A stretch of DNA of 64,000 bases, taken from positions 3,100,001-3,164,000 of the forward strand of contig CATNEN010000025.1 in NCBI GenBank assembly GCA_950097015.1, written 5' to 3'. Positions 51,201-63,104 of this stretch are shown in pieces. The position numbers and the translations under genes were made by a program. The DNA comes from Macrostomum hystrix (taxonomy: Eukaryota; Animalia; Platyhelminthes). Each line of letters starts with the position of its first letter. Position 1 is the first letter of the stretch. The notes beneath the pieces were generated by a model. The model did not search any database. It was not told the DNA's origin and worked only from the letters and a program-made list of their open reading frames with translations.

Positions 51201-54200
51201 ACGCTTCTCTGACGACTCACACGCTTCTCTGACAACTCACACGCTTCTCTGACAACTCACACGCTTCTCTGACGACTCACGCGCTTCTCTGATGACTCAC
51301 GCGCTTCTCTGACAACTCACACGCTTCTCTGACGACTCACGCGCTTCTCTGACGACTCACGCGCTTCTCTGACGACTCACACGCTTCTCTGACGACTCAC
51401 ACTCTTCTCTGACGACTCACGCGCTTCTCTGACGACTCACACGCTTCTCTGACGACTCACACGCTTCTCTGACGACTCACGCGCTTCTCTGACGACTCAC
51501 ATGCTTCTCTGACGACTCACGCGCTTCTCTGACAACTCACACGCTTCTCTGACAACTGACACGCTTTTCTGTATTTTGGGAGATTCAGAAAAAAAGTGGG
51601 TATTTGAAATTCCCCCTCGTCTTTCTACTGTTAATGGCTGTATCGGTTTTATCAGGCTTGCAAATTCTAAGTCTCTGAAATGTTTCTGGAGCTGCGATGC
51701 GTCCAACTGAGAGGACTTTGGCAGTGCTCAATGGCTGAGCCAATAGGGTTGCGGCGTGACTTTGGAGCGTCTCAATTCGCTGGCCATTTTGAGGAGCGGT
51801 GAGGCGGCGGTGTCCTCAGAGGTCTTGCCCGTCTACTTTCCGCATTTTTAGTCAGTTTTTTATTTCTTGTCGTTGTCGCGCGCTTGTTGAGACCGATTTG
51901 GCCTCAGCTGAATGTACGAATAAGAAAGGCGTGCTGTGACACGCTCAAGTTGACGATGTCTGCCGCATCGCGACATCGTCGCAAGCAGTCGATGCTAGCC
52001 GACGATGTCAACGATGTCGCCGGGGTAAGCGCCGTCGCCGCGATGGGCCTGCTCTGGCACCGGCGTCGAGAAGTTCAACGCCGTCGCCAGTCCATCATGA
52101 CGATGGCTGCCCCTCTAGAGGTGTCGCCAGCCGCCCGCCGCTGCTCCCTGGTGCCAAAGCAGAAGAGTCTGGATGAAACTCTGGCAGAGAGGAAGCCGAC
52201 TTGTACACTGGCGCCCGCCTTCGAGGCTGAACCAGCAGCCGCCGCCGCCGCCTCTACAGGCCTCGATGCCGACGAAGAAGTCGGCAAGCAGCAGCGGGAG
52301 GCCAAGCCGAGGTGTCGTCAGCCCCGTTGTCGGCTGAAGCGAACCAATTGCAACACCGCTCCGTGTCACTGCGCTGAGGTTGTCCTTCTTTGCTGCTCTT
52401 TGGGACTTTCTCAGGATTCTCATTTCCTTGTATTCACACAGACTCAGCTGGTATTCACACAGACTCAGCTGGTATTCACACAGACTCAGCTGGTATTCAC
52501 ACAGACTCAGCTGGTATTCACACAGACTCAGCTGGTATTCACACAGACTCAGCTGGTATTCACACAGACTCAGCTGGTATTCACACAGACTCAGCTGGTA
52601 TTCACACAGACTCAGCTGGTATTCACACAGACTCAGCTGGTATTCACACAGACTCAGCTGGTATTCACACAGACTCAGTTGGTATTCACACAGACTCAGC
52701 TGGTATTCACACAGACTCAGCTGGTATTCACACAGACTCAGCTGGTATTCACACAGACTCAGCTGGTATTCACACAGACTCAGTTGGTATTCACACAGAC
52801 TCAGCTGGTATTCACACAGACTCAGCTGGTATTCACACAGACTCAGCTGGTATTCACACAGACTCAGCTGGTATTCACACAGACTCAGTTGGTATTCACA
52901 CAGACTCAGCTGGTATTCACACAGACTCAGCTGGTATTCACACAGACTCAGCTGGTATTCACACAGACTCAGTTGGTATTCACACAGACTCAGTTGGTAT
53001 TCACACAGACTCAGTTGGTATTCACACAGACTCAGCTGGTATTCACACAGACACAGTTGTAAACTAATTATTTTCCAGTATTTCGGTGGCCAACATCTGC
53101 AGGTTTTCCAGGAGAAGTGAAAATGTTTTTGTAGGCAATTTTGCATCCGAAGGGTTAGGCTAGGTTAATGGTCAAACAGTATTATTGTGTCAGCCATCAT
53201 TGGCCTTGGATACTGGTCCATAATGTCACTATGTTTATCCTGTTTCCTGCTTTGTACGCTTTATTCTAATCTTTTTTACGGGAGTTAATCTGCCGCCGGA
53301 CGCAATAAATCATTTTTCATTATCATCTGTATCCTCTTTCTAAAAGTAAATAACTCTGAAAAACTGGCAATTGGAGCAGCTATCGTTAGCGCAACGCCTA
53401 ATGTGCTTGGCAAACTAACTAGAGCTGGTCAACCGGACTTTGGTTCGATTCGCATTAAACAATAATTACTGCGATTTACACTGGCATATTACTTACCTAC
53501 TTTGTAAATTGAACTCATCAACTATGTCTCACTTAAATTTGATTTCGCTTGAAATTCGGCGTTGACCACACGACAAGCCTTCTACTGCCTAAGCCTATGA
53601 AAATATTCTAATGGCTTCTTACAATGCATGACTTGATTACAACTATTTCGAAACATATCGGCCTAATTGGTGGTGAAAATTTTGTTAACCGCTTACATCA
53701 ATTGATAGAATAAGACACTTCGAGCTATTAACTAGAGACAAAAATGTTTCATGCTTTCTCCCTCTGGGGGAAGTGCCATTAATGGGCTGGACTCATGTCA
53801 CCGAACTGTCAGGGGCAGCATTGAGGAGGCACTGCAGCTCCCCTATCTCCCCGGGTCTGGTGACATAGCAGCGCTAATGGGCCGTGTTACCGACTGAGCT
53901 CACTCAATTATTCAAATGTCACTCCACTCGCAATACTCCCAATTTCACTCCTTCGATACTCCCACTCTTCACTCAATAATGTCAATGTAATGTAATGTAA
54001 TGTCAATAATTTCACTTCAATAATGTCACTCCTCTCTTAACTCTTCAAATTTCACTCCTCTCACAATTCTTAAAATTTCACTCCTCACAATTCTTAAAAT
54101 TTCACTCCTCCCACAATTCTTAAAATTTCACTCCTCTCTAAACACTCCCAATGTCACTCCACACTCAATCATCCCAATGTCACTCCTCACTCAATCATCC

Positions 54201-57200
54201 CAATGTCACTCCTCACTCAATCATCCCAATGTCACTCCTCACTCAATCATCCCAATGTCACTCCACACTCAATCATCCCAATGTCACTCCACACTCAATC
54301 ATCCCAATGTCACTCCACACTCAATCATCCCAATGTCACTCCTCAGTCAATCATCCCAATGTCACTCCTCAGTCAATCATCCCAATGTCACTCCTCAGTC
54401 AATCATCCCAATGTCACTCCTCAGTCAATCATCCCAATGTCACTCCACACTCAATCATCCCAATGTCACTCCTCACTCAATCGTCCCAATGTCATTCCTC
54501 AGTCAATCATCCCAATGTCACTCCACACTCAATCATCCCAATGTCACTCCTCAGTCAATCATGACAATGTCACTCCACACTCAATCATCCCAATGTCACT
54601 CCACACTCAATCATCCCAATGTCACTCCTCAGTCAATCATCCCAATGTCACTCCTCAGTCAATCATCCCGATATCACTCCTCAGTCAATCATGACAATGT
54701 CACTCCACACTCAATCATCCCAATGTCACTCCACACTCAATCATCCCAATGTCACTCCACACTCAATCATCCCAATGTCACTCCTCAGTCAATCATGACA
54801 ATGTCACTCCACACTCAATCATCCCAATGTCACTCCTCACTCAATCGTCCCAATGTCACTCCACACTCAATCATCCCAATGTCACTCCACACTCAATCAT
54901 CCCATTGTCACTCCTCACTCAATCATCCCAATGTCACTCAGTGGCCTCGCCTTGTTAGCCGCCCAAAGAAAGATGATCTCTGTATGAAATAGTGGATTTC
55001 CTGCGCTAATTTAGCATGCTCTTGAATGTCTAAGTGAAAGGCATTCTCGCCGCCTTAGCTTACGCAAATTTTTTTATAGCTCCACTAAGCCTACACTTGG
55101 CTTATCGTGAATCTGTATCTAAGAGCTCTCTATCCCTCTAATCAAGTTCATCTCGCAATTGCTTTCTTTTCCTTTTCCCTCCGACTCCCCAGATACCGGT
55201 TTTCCCCAGCTTCTTTATATTAGAAAGAAAAAAAAATAAAGCACAGTCAAGGCCGAGCAGTCGAGTGTCTGGCGCTCTCCCTCGCTCTATCCTTTTCTTG
55301 GTGCAGCATTTAATTTTCCACCATTCGGGCCTCTTGAACAGACAAGGCCAGTTCCAGTCACTTTGCTGTTCAAAAATTCTGATCTAGCAGCGATGGATAA
55401 AATGGGTTGGTGTGCACTTCTTCAGTTGCACCGACTTCTGTCTTATTTCACTTTAAAAAAGAGGAGGAGCCTCCACAACTTTCAGACATTCACGTACATT
55501 CAGCAGACATTCACACACATTTAGCAGACATTCACACAGATTCAGCAGACATTCACACAGATTCAGCAGGCATTCACATACATTCAGAAGACATTCACAC
55601 ACATTCAGCAGACATTCACACAGATTCAGCAGACATTCACACAGATTCAGAAGACATTCACACAGATTCAGCAGACATTCACACAGATTCAGCAGACATT
55701 CACATACATTCAGAAGACATTCACACACATTTAGCAGACATTCACACAGATTCAGCAGACATTCACACAGATTCAGAAGACATTCACACAGATTCAGCAG
55801 ACATTCACACAGATTCAGCAGACATTCACATACATTCAGAAGACATTCACACACATTCAGCAGACATTCACACAGATTCAGCAGACATTCACACAGATTC
55901 AGCAGACATTCACACAGATTCAGCAGACATTCACACAGATTCAGCAGACATTCACATACATTCAGAAGACATTCACACACATTCAGCAGACATTCACACA
56001 GATTCAGCAGACATTCACACACATTCAGCAGACATTCACACACATTCAGCAGACATTCACACACATTCAGCAGACATTCACACAGATTCAGCAGACATTC
56101 ACATACATTCAGAAGACATTCACACAGATTCTGCAGACATTCACACAGATTCTGCAGACATTCACATACATTCAGAAGACATTCACACACATTCAGCAGA
56201 CATTCACACAGATTCAGCAGGCATTCACATACATTCAGAAGACATTCACACAGATTCAGCAGACATTCACATACATTCAGAAGACATTCACACACATTCA
56301 GCAGACATTCACATACATTCAGAAGACATTCACACAGATTCAGCCGACATTCACATACATTCAGAAGACATTCACACAGATTCAGCAGACATTCACACAG
56401 ATTCAGCAGACATTCACACAGATTCAGCAGACATTCACACAGATTCAGCAGACATTCACACAGATTCAGCAGACATTTACACACATTCAACAGACATTTA
56501 CACACATTCAACAGACATTTACACACATTCAGCAGACATTTACACACATTCAGCAGACATTTACACACATTCAACATTTTTTTGTTCTAATTGTCTTCGG
56601 CGACACGAAGTGGTGTGACAAATTAGCTTCGTACGAGGTATTTGTGCAATCTGACACTTTGATTTGGCTGCCTAGATTCAATTTAGCGCGTGAGTTATTG
56701 GCTTCGTTTATACATGATGAATAAGAGATCAAATCCTGTTGGCCACGGGTTGGCAAACTCTGGCCCGCGGGCCAGATGCGGCCCTCGAAGCTCCCAAATC
56801 CGGCCCGTAGCCCCTTCCGACACCTACAGTATCCTGTTTCATCTCTCCCGTGTCTTATCTCTCCCGTGTCTTATCTCTCCCGTGTCTTATCTCTCCCGTG
56901 TCTTATCTCTCCCGTGTCTTATCTCTCCCGTATCTTATCTCTCCCGTGTCTTATCTCTCCCGTGTCTTATCTCTCCCGTGTCTTATCTCTCCCGTATCTT
57001 ATCTCTCCCGTGTCTAATCTCTCCCCTTTCTCATCTCTCCCGTGTCTTATCTCTCCCGTGTCTCATCTCTCCTGCGTCTCATCTCTCCTGTGTCTCATCT
57101 CTCCCGTTTCTCATCTCTCCCGTGTCTCATCTCTCCCGTGTCTCATCTCTCCCGTGTCTCATCTCTCCCGTGTCTCATCTCTCCCGTGTCTCATCTCTCC

Positions 57201-60200
57201 CGTTTCTCATCTCTCCCGTGTCTCATCTCTCCCGTGTCTCATCTCTCCTGCGTCTCATCTCTTTCGTGTCCCATCTCTCCCGTGTCTCATCTCTCGTGTC
57301 TCATCTCTCCTGCGTCTCATCTCTCCTGTGTCTCATCTCTCCCGTGTCTCATCTCTCCACTATCTCATATTTCTACAGTCAATACGGCACGCTGTCGTCT
57401 TTTAGGTTCTCTCTTTAGCCCGCTAGCTAATAAGTTTGCCGACCGCTGCTGTAGGTAATGCTTGTCCGAATTGTCACAAAAATAGCCTATGTGTATCAAA
57501 ATATGGAAGAAATAAGCAAATGGAAATAATATACGAGTACAACCGGAGTGTTTGACGGGTTTACAATCTAAATCTAAACTACTATGTCACTCCTGTAGAT
57601 GCCTCAAGATACCTGAGTCACACACGCAAACGTATTCCTTACTCATGTACACTTGCTTAATCAAGTATTTTCGTCATTGAGTTGGCTGCGTTAGCCCTAA
57701 AGTTTGTGTTTGTTGGGGTGCCTGTCTAATTGAATTTCAAAGAATAAAAAACCACATAGAGAGGTAGGGAGAAAGATGGCCAACTGCCTCACCCACTAAG
57801 GCTGCATTCTAAATCTAATCTGAGCTGTGGGATCTCTCATTCTGTGCCCTTACTACTCCGCGTTCCCTTGGCTTGGATAGACTATTTGCAACTCCCTGTG
57901 CAGTGCTGTTACTTCTCAATTGAGTTTGTGCAGTTCTGCTCACTTGAAGACATTATGTTTTCCCTCTGTCTGTTTTACTGTGTCAAGAACAGGGAGGCGG
58001 TTCAGAATGTGGTTCTGAATTCCTCACGAGAGGTCTGGAGTTCGAATCGTGGCAGCCTCCCCAGTCCTCGGACTGTACAGCTGTACAGCAGCGTTTGGAA
58101 GCGCCTATGGGAAGGCGCTATGAGACGTTTCTATGAAAAGAGATGAGGCACGAAGGAGAAAATAAGACACCAAAGAGATGCGACACGGAATATGAGTCAC
58201 AAGAGAGATAAGACTCGGGAGGAGTTGTGAGATGAATTGTATAGCATTCATATTTTTCACAATTACAATCAGTGGATATAACTTTTTACAGGGGAGAGAT
58301 AAGACACGGCAGAGATGAGACACGGCAGAGATGAGACACGGCAGAGATAAGACACGGCAGAGATGAGACACGGCAGAGATGAGACACGGCAGAGATGAGA
58401 CATGGCAGAGATGAGACACGGCAGAGATGAGACACGGCAGAGATGAGACACGGCAGAGATAAGACACGGCAGAGATAAGACACGGCAGAGATGAGACACG
58501 GCAGAGATAAGACACGGCAGAGATGAGACACGGGAGAGATGAGACACGGCAGAGATGAGACACGGCAGAGATGAGACACGGCAGAGATGAGACACGGCAG
58601 AGATGAGACACGGCAGAGATGAGACACGGCAGAGATGAGACACGGCAGAGATAAGACACGGCAGAGATGAGACACGGCAGAGATGAGACACGGCAGAGAT
58701 GAGACACGGCAGAGATAAGACACGGCAGAGATGAGACACGGCAGAGATGAGACACGGCAGAGATGAGACACGGCAGAGATAAGACACGGCAGAGATGAGA
58801 CACGGCAGAGATGAGGCACGGCAGAGATGAGACACGACAGAGATAAGACACGGTAGAGATGAGATACGGCATAGATAAGACACGGCAGGGATGATGAGAG
58901 ATTAGTTATATAAAAATATTTTGATTTTGAATAATTACAATCAGTGCACATTTTCTTTCGTACTTGTTTTTCGTGCACAATCTCCATGCTCATTGTTTCT
59001 AAAAGTTGTCATTAGAATGTGAAATGTGACCAGCCAATTCATAAGCAAAATAATTGCTACCTGCAGCTTAACACTGAATGGACCGAACTAGAAGTAATCG
59101 AACTGACCAACGACGGCTCCGGCCTCGGCTTCGGCATCATCGGCAGCAAGAGCACTGGGGTGGTGGTGCGCACCATCCTGCCTGGCGGGGTGGCCGACGC
59201 CGACGGACGGCTGCGCTCCGGGGACCACCTGCTGTACATATGCCCCGTGAGTGCCTTTTGGGCATCCCATTTGACTGAGATCCCATGACACAGAGATCCC
59301 ATGACACTGACATCCCATGACACTGAGATCCCATGACACTGAGATCCTATGGGACTGCGATCCCATGACACTGCGATCCCATGACACTGCGATCCCATGA
59401 CACTGCGATCCCATGACACTGAGATCCCATTGACTGTAATCCTATATTACTGAAATCCTCAGCTCACTCACTGCACCAATCCGCAGGTGAACGTACGCGG
59501 CATGACCAGCGAGCAGGTGGCCACTGTGCTGCGCCAGAGCGGCGACCGGGTTCGCCTGGTGGTGGCACGGGCCGTCCGAGACGAGAGCGAAGTAGCCGAC
59601 TCAGACAGCCGCTGCTGCCAGCTGGTGCCCACCGTTGAGCTGGATGACCGACTAGACGATCTGGTGTCGACCCTGGACGCGTTGGACCAGGCCAGGGTGG
59701 TTGTCCTCATGCCGCAGGAGGTGGCCACCGAGGCGCAGTCGCAGGCGTTCCACCTGCCCGGCATTGCCAATGTAAGTGCACTTCTACTATTAGTAGGCTA
59801 AAATGCGTATTTCGTGCAGTTCTTCTTATTTATCTGGGACTCGGGAGCTTGTATAGCCTAATGGTTAGGGCGTCGGACTCACGACTTAAATGTCGGGGGT
59901 TCGATTCCCGACTCCACTGGAAAAATTTGTGTCCTTTAGCAAAACACGTAACTTTGCATTGCTTCAGTTCTATTAAATGGGTACCAGCATTAGCTGGGGT
60001 AATTGGGGGTGGGTGTGGCGTCCCCCCAGTCCATGGACTGAACAGCCGTACACAGCCTTCAGATGCGCCGCGCAATAGCTGCGTCTGTGCTGTCGGCTGC
60101 ATATCTGGCACAATTGGGGCAGGTGTAATCAGTTATTATTATTAATAATAAAATGTACTTAAAGAAACTGACCTAATGTACATGCAAACTACCTAAAGTA

Positions 60201-63029
60201 GCACTATTAAGTATTTTTGTGCGTAATTTTTTCTAATTGTCATTCTGAACTGCAAGACATCATCGCAGATCAACGATGAAAATGAGCCAGTGGAATCACC
60301 CAGAGGTACAGAGGAAAGTTTTGACCAGGTAGATGCGGTTACAGCCACAGATATTGTGGTTCTACTTGACAGCTCTGGCAATGAGATCAATCCGCCGCTA
60401 CTGCAGCCGCAGCAGCCGGCAAACGCGTCGCCGACTTCGTCGACTTCATCATCACCCTTGCCCTCGCCATCGCCCTCGCCGACTCCGTTGCTCGATGCTG
60501 AAGAGTTTAACTTGTCCGCAGAGATTGAGGTAGACAGGAAACCTGCGTAATAATACTGGACGTTTAAAGTGTACAGAATAGTTGGGATGTTGAACAGAAT
60601 AGTTGGGATGGTGTACAGAATAGTTGGGATGGTGTACAGAATAGTTGGAATCGTGTACAGAATAGTTGGAATCGTGTACAGAATAGTTAGGATTCTGTAC
60701 AGAATAGTTGGGATGGTGTACAGAATAGTTGGAACCGTGTACAGAATAGTTAGGATTCTGTACAGAATAGTTGGGATGGTGTACAGAATAGTTGGGATGG
60801 TGTACAGAATAGTTGGAACCGTGTACAGAATAGTTAGGATTCTGTACAGAATAGTTGGGATGGTGTACAGAATTGTTGGGATGGTGTACAGAATAGTTGG
60901 GATGTTGTACAGAATAGTTGGGATGGTGTACAGAATAGTTGGGATGTTGTACAGAATAGTTGGGATGGTGTACAGAATAGTTGGGATGGTGTGCAGTGCG
61001 GATTAGATATTGTACACGTGTTACAGGAAAATGTTGGAGTGCGGTAGTTCATTAAATCAATTAATCAAATATCGCTATATTTTTTACTCTGAAGCAAATT
61101 CTAACTGATTTTTTTCTACCGATAAATCGCTTTCAATATTCAGTGATATTCTTACGTATACTTTTCCCCAAGTAAAATCCTAATTTTACACCAGTTTTAT
61201 CAAATCGATTGCGTGCAAATTGCGATTGGCAATGCCGATAATTATCATAAATTTCCATTTATTTATGAAGCGACGTGATCATTCGCCTCGCAAGGTCTAA
61301 TAACTCAAAACATTTTTTTGAATAATAAATTGTTTTTATCCAGCTCATTTTCATTTTTTGTCCATTCTGATTAATTAAATCACCTTTTATCACAGCTTCC
61401 TTTACCTGCTCTTCATCTTTCATCTCTTCTCGTCCTCAGCCGCCGCCAATCATTGAGCCAGCCAGAGATTCTGCAACCGCCACGGCTGACTACGAAGAAT
61501 TCTTCGTGGAGCTTCAGCGCGGCAGCTCCGGCCTCGGCATCACCATTGCTGGCTACGTTGGCGAGACATCGCATGGTAGTTCTACATCATTACCGTTTCC
61601 TCAGTCTCCTTCAGTCTCCTTCAGTCTCCATCAGTCTCCTTCAGTCTCTCCTTCAGTCTCCTTCAGTCTCCTTCAGTCTCTCCTTCAGTCTCTCCTTCAG
61701 TCTCCTTCAGTCTCTCCTTCAGTCTCCTCCAGTCTCTCCTTCAGTCTCTCCTTCAGTCTCTCCTTCAGTCTCCTTCAGTCTCTCCTTCAGTCTCTCCTTC
61801 AGTCTCTCCTTCAGTCTCCTTCAGTCTCCTTCAGTCTCTCCTTCAGTCTCTCCTTCAGTCTCCTTCAGTCTCCTTCAGTCTCTCCTTCAGTCTCTCCTTC
61901 AGTCTCTCCTTCAGTCTCCTTCAGTCTCCTTCAGTCTCTCCTTCAGTCTCTCCTTCAGTCTCCTTCAGTCTCCTTCAGTCTCTCCTTCAGTCTCTCCTTC
62001 AGTCTCCTTCAGTCTCTCCTTCAGTCTCCTCCAGTCTCTCCTTCAGTCTCTCCTTCAGTCTCTCCTTCAGTCTCCTTCAGTCTCTCCTTCAGTCTCTCCT
62101 TCAGTCTCCTTCAGTCTCCTTCAGTCTCCTTCAGTCTCTCCTTCAGTCTCCTTCAGTCTCTCCTTCAGTCTCTCCTTCAGTCTCCTTCAGTCTCCTTCAG
62201 TCTCCTTCAGTCTCTCCTTCAGTCTCTCCTTCAGTCTCCTTCAGTCTCCTTCAGTCTCCTTCAGTCTCTCCTTCAGTCTCTCCTTCAGTCTACTTCAGTC
62301 TCCTTCAGTCTCTCCTTCAGTCTCTCCTTCAGTCTCCTTCAGTCTCCTTCAGTCTCCTTCAGTCTCTCCTTCAGTCTCTCCTTCAGTCTCCTTCAGTCCC
62401 CCGGAAATCTTAATGCAGGTGTTATAAAAACGCTCACCAACTCGATCCCGCAGCCAAGCTGAATGGCATCTTCATCAAGGAGATAGCCGATGGCAGCGCG
62501 GCAGCCAGAGATGGCCGACTTCGAGTTCACGACCGCATTGTGCAGGTGATCAGATAGTCACTGTTCCTAGCTACTCGATCTGTACTCTATACAGTTTTAT
62601 GTTCGTTAGCGAATTGTCAACTGTAATTGCTCTATAAATGACAGGTGGATGCCACAAGTCTGGACGGCTACACCAATCAGGAGGCGGTTGAGATTCTCAA
62701 GCGTGCGGGCAGCACAGTTAAATTGAAATTGTTCAGATACAATAGGGGACCAATTTATCAACAGCTGCAGGCTAACGCTGGTGAGTCACTTTCAGTGGCT
62801 TATTTTTCTACCATTCAATGGTGATTGTATTGGATCGTGATATGGTAGGGCTGTGATAAATACTCGTATCTTAATTGAGACTACTCCGTCGCAATATCTT
62901 CAGCAGCCCAGTCTCCGGCGCTGTACAAAACTGTTGTCGCCCAGCGAGTCGATGAGGTTGCTCTGTTGTCGTCAACATCGAAATCGGAAACCACCGAACT
63001 GAAGGAAAATAGCGAACTGGTTGACTTTA
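39284..63029 (+). CDS. MPDZ: Multi-PDZ scaffold (MPDZ/PATJ family), 5' part: L27 plus PDZ1-3. Exons 39284-39906, 42064-42319, 59067-59246, 59487-59771, ~60257-60529, 61440-61575, 62454-62545, 62645-62780, 62880-63029; continues beyond the window
   Basis: L27-like [14 protein letters not shown]; PDZ1 [14 protein letters not shown]; PDZ2 [40 protein letters not shown]; PDZ3 [30 protein letters not shown]. Phases join throughout. MPDZ versus PATJ orthology cannot be decided here. Confidence 0.93.
39925..40670 (+). repeat. 34/35-bp minisatellite (gataagcctatttactgcagtccttaagggaatt)n
   Basis: About 21 tandem units starting about 18 nt after the donor at 39907. Confidence 0.97.
41130..41720 (-). 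mobile_element. Degenerate second copy of the minisatellite-bearing hAT MITE, with a (gggagagataaagata)n array at ~41175-41600
   Basis: Reverse complement of 41135-41173 matches 57376-57414 at 29/39 nt without gaps. The ccgacacc and gggccag..tgcggcc flank motifs are shared with 56760-56830. Confidence 0.7.
42372..42915 (-). mobile_element. SINE family B copy interrupted by a family A insertion
   Basis: B 3' half at 42372-42510 and B 5' half at 42830-42915 (gggaatcgaacc ... ctacaacccc) flank the A copy. Confidence 0.85.
42512..42820 (+). mobile_element. SINE family A copy nested in a family B SINE
   Basis: ggtgagtggctgagagg head and full family body. Confidence 0.88.
43340..45512 (+). repeat. 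Compound minisatellite: 26-bp (gacagcttccgtatcttcaggaacta)n to ~43690, then 28-bp (gacagcttccatatct[ctc/tta]ggaga[a/t]gca)n
   Basis: Tandem units share the core gacagcttcc.tatct. Confidence 0.97.
46222..47062 (+). repeat. 29-bp minisatellite (ctcccagatcctcaggttgagctgtcact)n
   Basis: About 29 tandem units. Confidence 0.97.
47505..49790 (+). repeat. 22/18-bp compound minisatellite (taggtgttatgcctgtctgttc)n with higher-order structure
   Basis: 22-bp units are interspersed with 18-bp tggatgttatgcctcttc variants. Confidence 0.97.
50896..51568 (+). repeat. 20-bp minisatellite (cgcttctctgacgactcacg)n
   Basis: About 33 tandem units. Confidence 0.97.
52428..53058 (+). repeat. 21-bp minisatellite (gtattcacacagactcagctg)n
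   Basis: About 30 highly homogeneous units. Confidence 0.97.
54148..54940 (+). repeat. 26-bp minisatellite (caatgtcactccacactcaatcatcc)n
   Basis: About 30 tandem units. Confidence 0.96.
55483..56573 (+). repeat. 21-bp minisatellite (acattcacacagattcagcag)n
   Basis: About 52 tandem units. Confidence 0.97.
56744..57448. mobile_element. Non-autonomous hAT (Charlie/MER58-type end) MITE, 705 bp, containing a 16-bp minisatellite (56835-57358)
   Basis: TIRs cacgggttggcaaact and (reverse complement) cagcggtcggcaaact match at 13/16. Subterminal ggcccgcgggccagatgcggccc is typical of these ends. The 8-bp flanks ctgttggc and ctgtaggt match at 6/8, consistent with a decayed hAT TSD. Confidence 0.8.
58290..58888 (-). 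repeat. 16-bp minisatellite (gagatgagacacggca)n, same family as 56835 but inverted
   Basis: About 37 units; the reverse complement tgccgtgtctcatctc matches the family. Confidence 0.96.
59265..59432 (+). repeat. 16-bp minisatellite (atcccatgacactgag)n
   Basis: About 10 units filling most of the 240-nt intron. Confidence 0.93.
59845..60150 (+). mobile_element. SINE family B, best-preserved copy
   Basis: A box tagcctaatgg, B box ggttcgattcc, CORE-like tgtgtcctttagcaaaacacgtaac..cttcagtt..taaatgggtacc, (ATT)n tail. Confidence 0.9.
60568..60992 (+). repeat. 21-bp minisatellite (gtacagaatagttgggatggt)n
   Basis: About 20 tandem units. Confidence 0.96.
61600..62397 (+). repeat. 10/12-bp minisatellite (tcagtctcct / tcagtctctcct)n
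   Basis: About 70 units filling most of intron 61576-62453. Confidence 0.97.
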
Positions 63030-63104
63030 GTGAGCTTTGTGTACTTTTGCTAATGATGCAGCACTTGTCACTTTGCTCTGTTCTAAGAAAATCCACACCC
63101 AACT

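Noticed and set aside
55393-55493. [11 protein letters not shown]... as another alternative first exon of the PDZ gene
   Set aside because: It is short, the nearby GT is weak and phase 2 (incompatible with the phase-0 exon at 59067), and it has no coding signature.
23055-60150. SINE heads as functional tRNA genes
   Set aside because: A and B boxes are present, but there is no complete cloverleaf and each continues into a shared SINE body and ATT tail.
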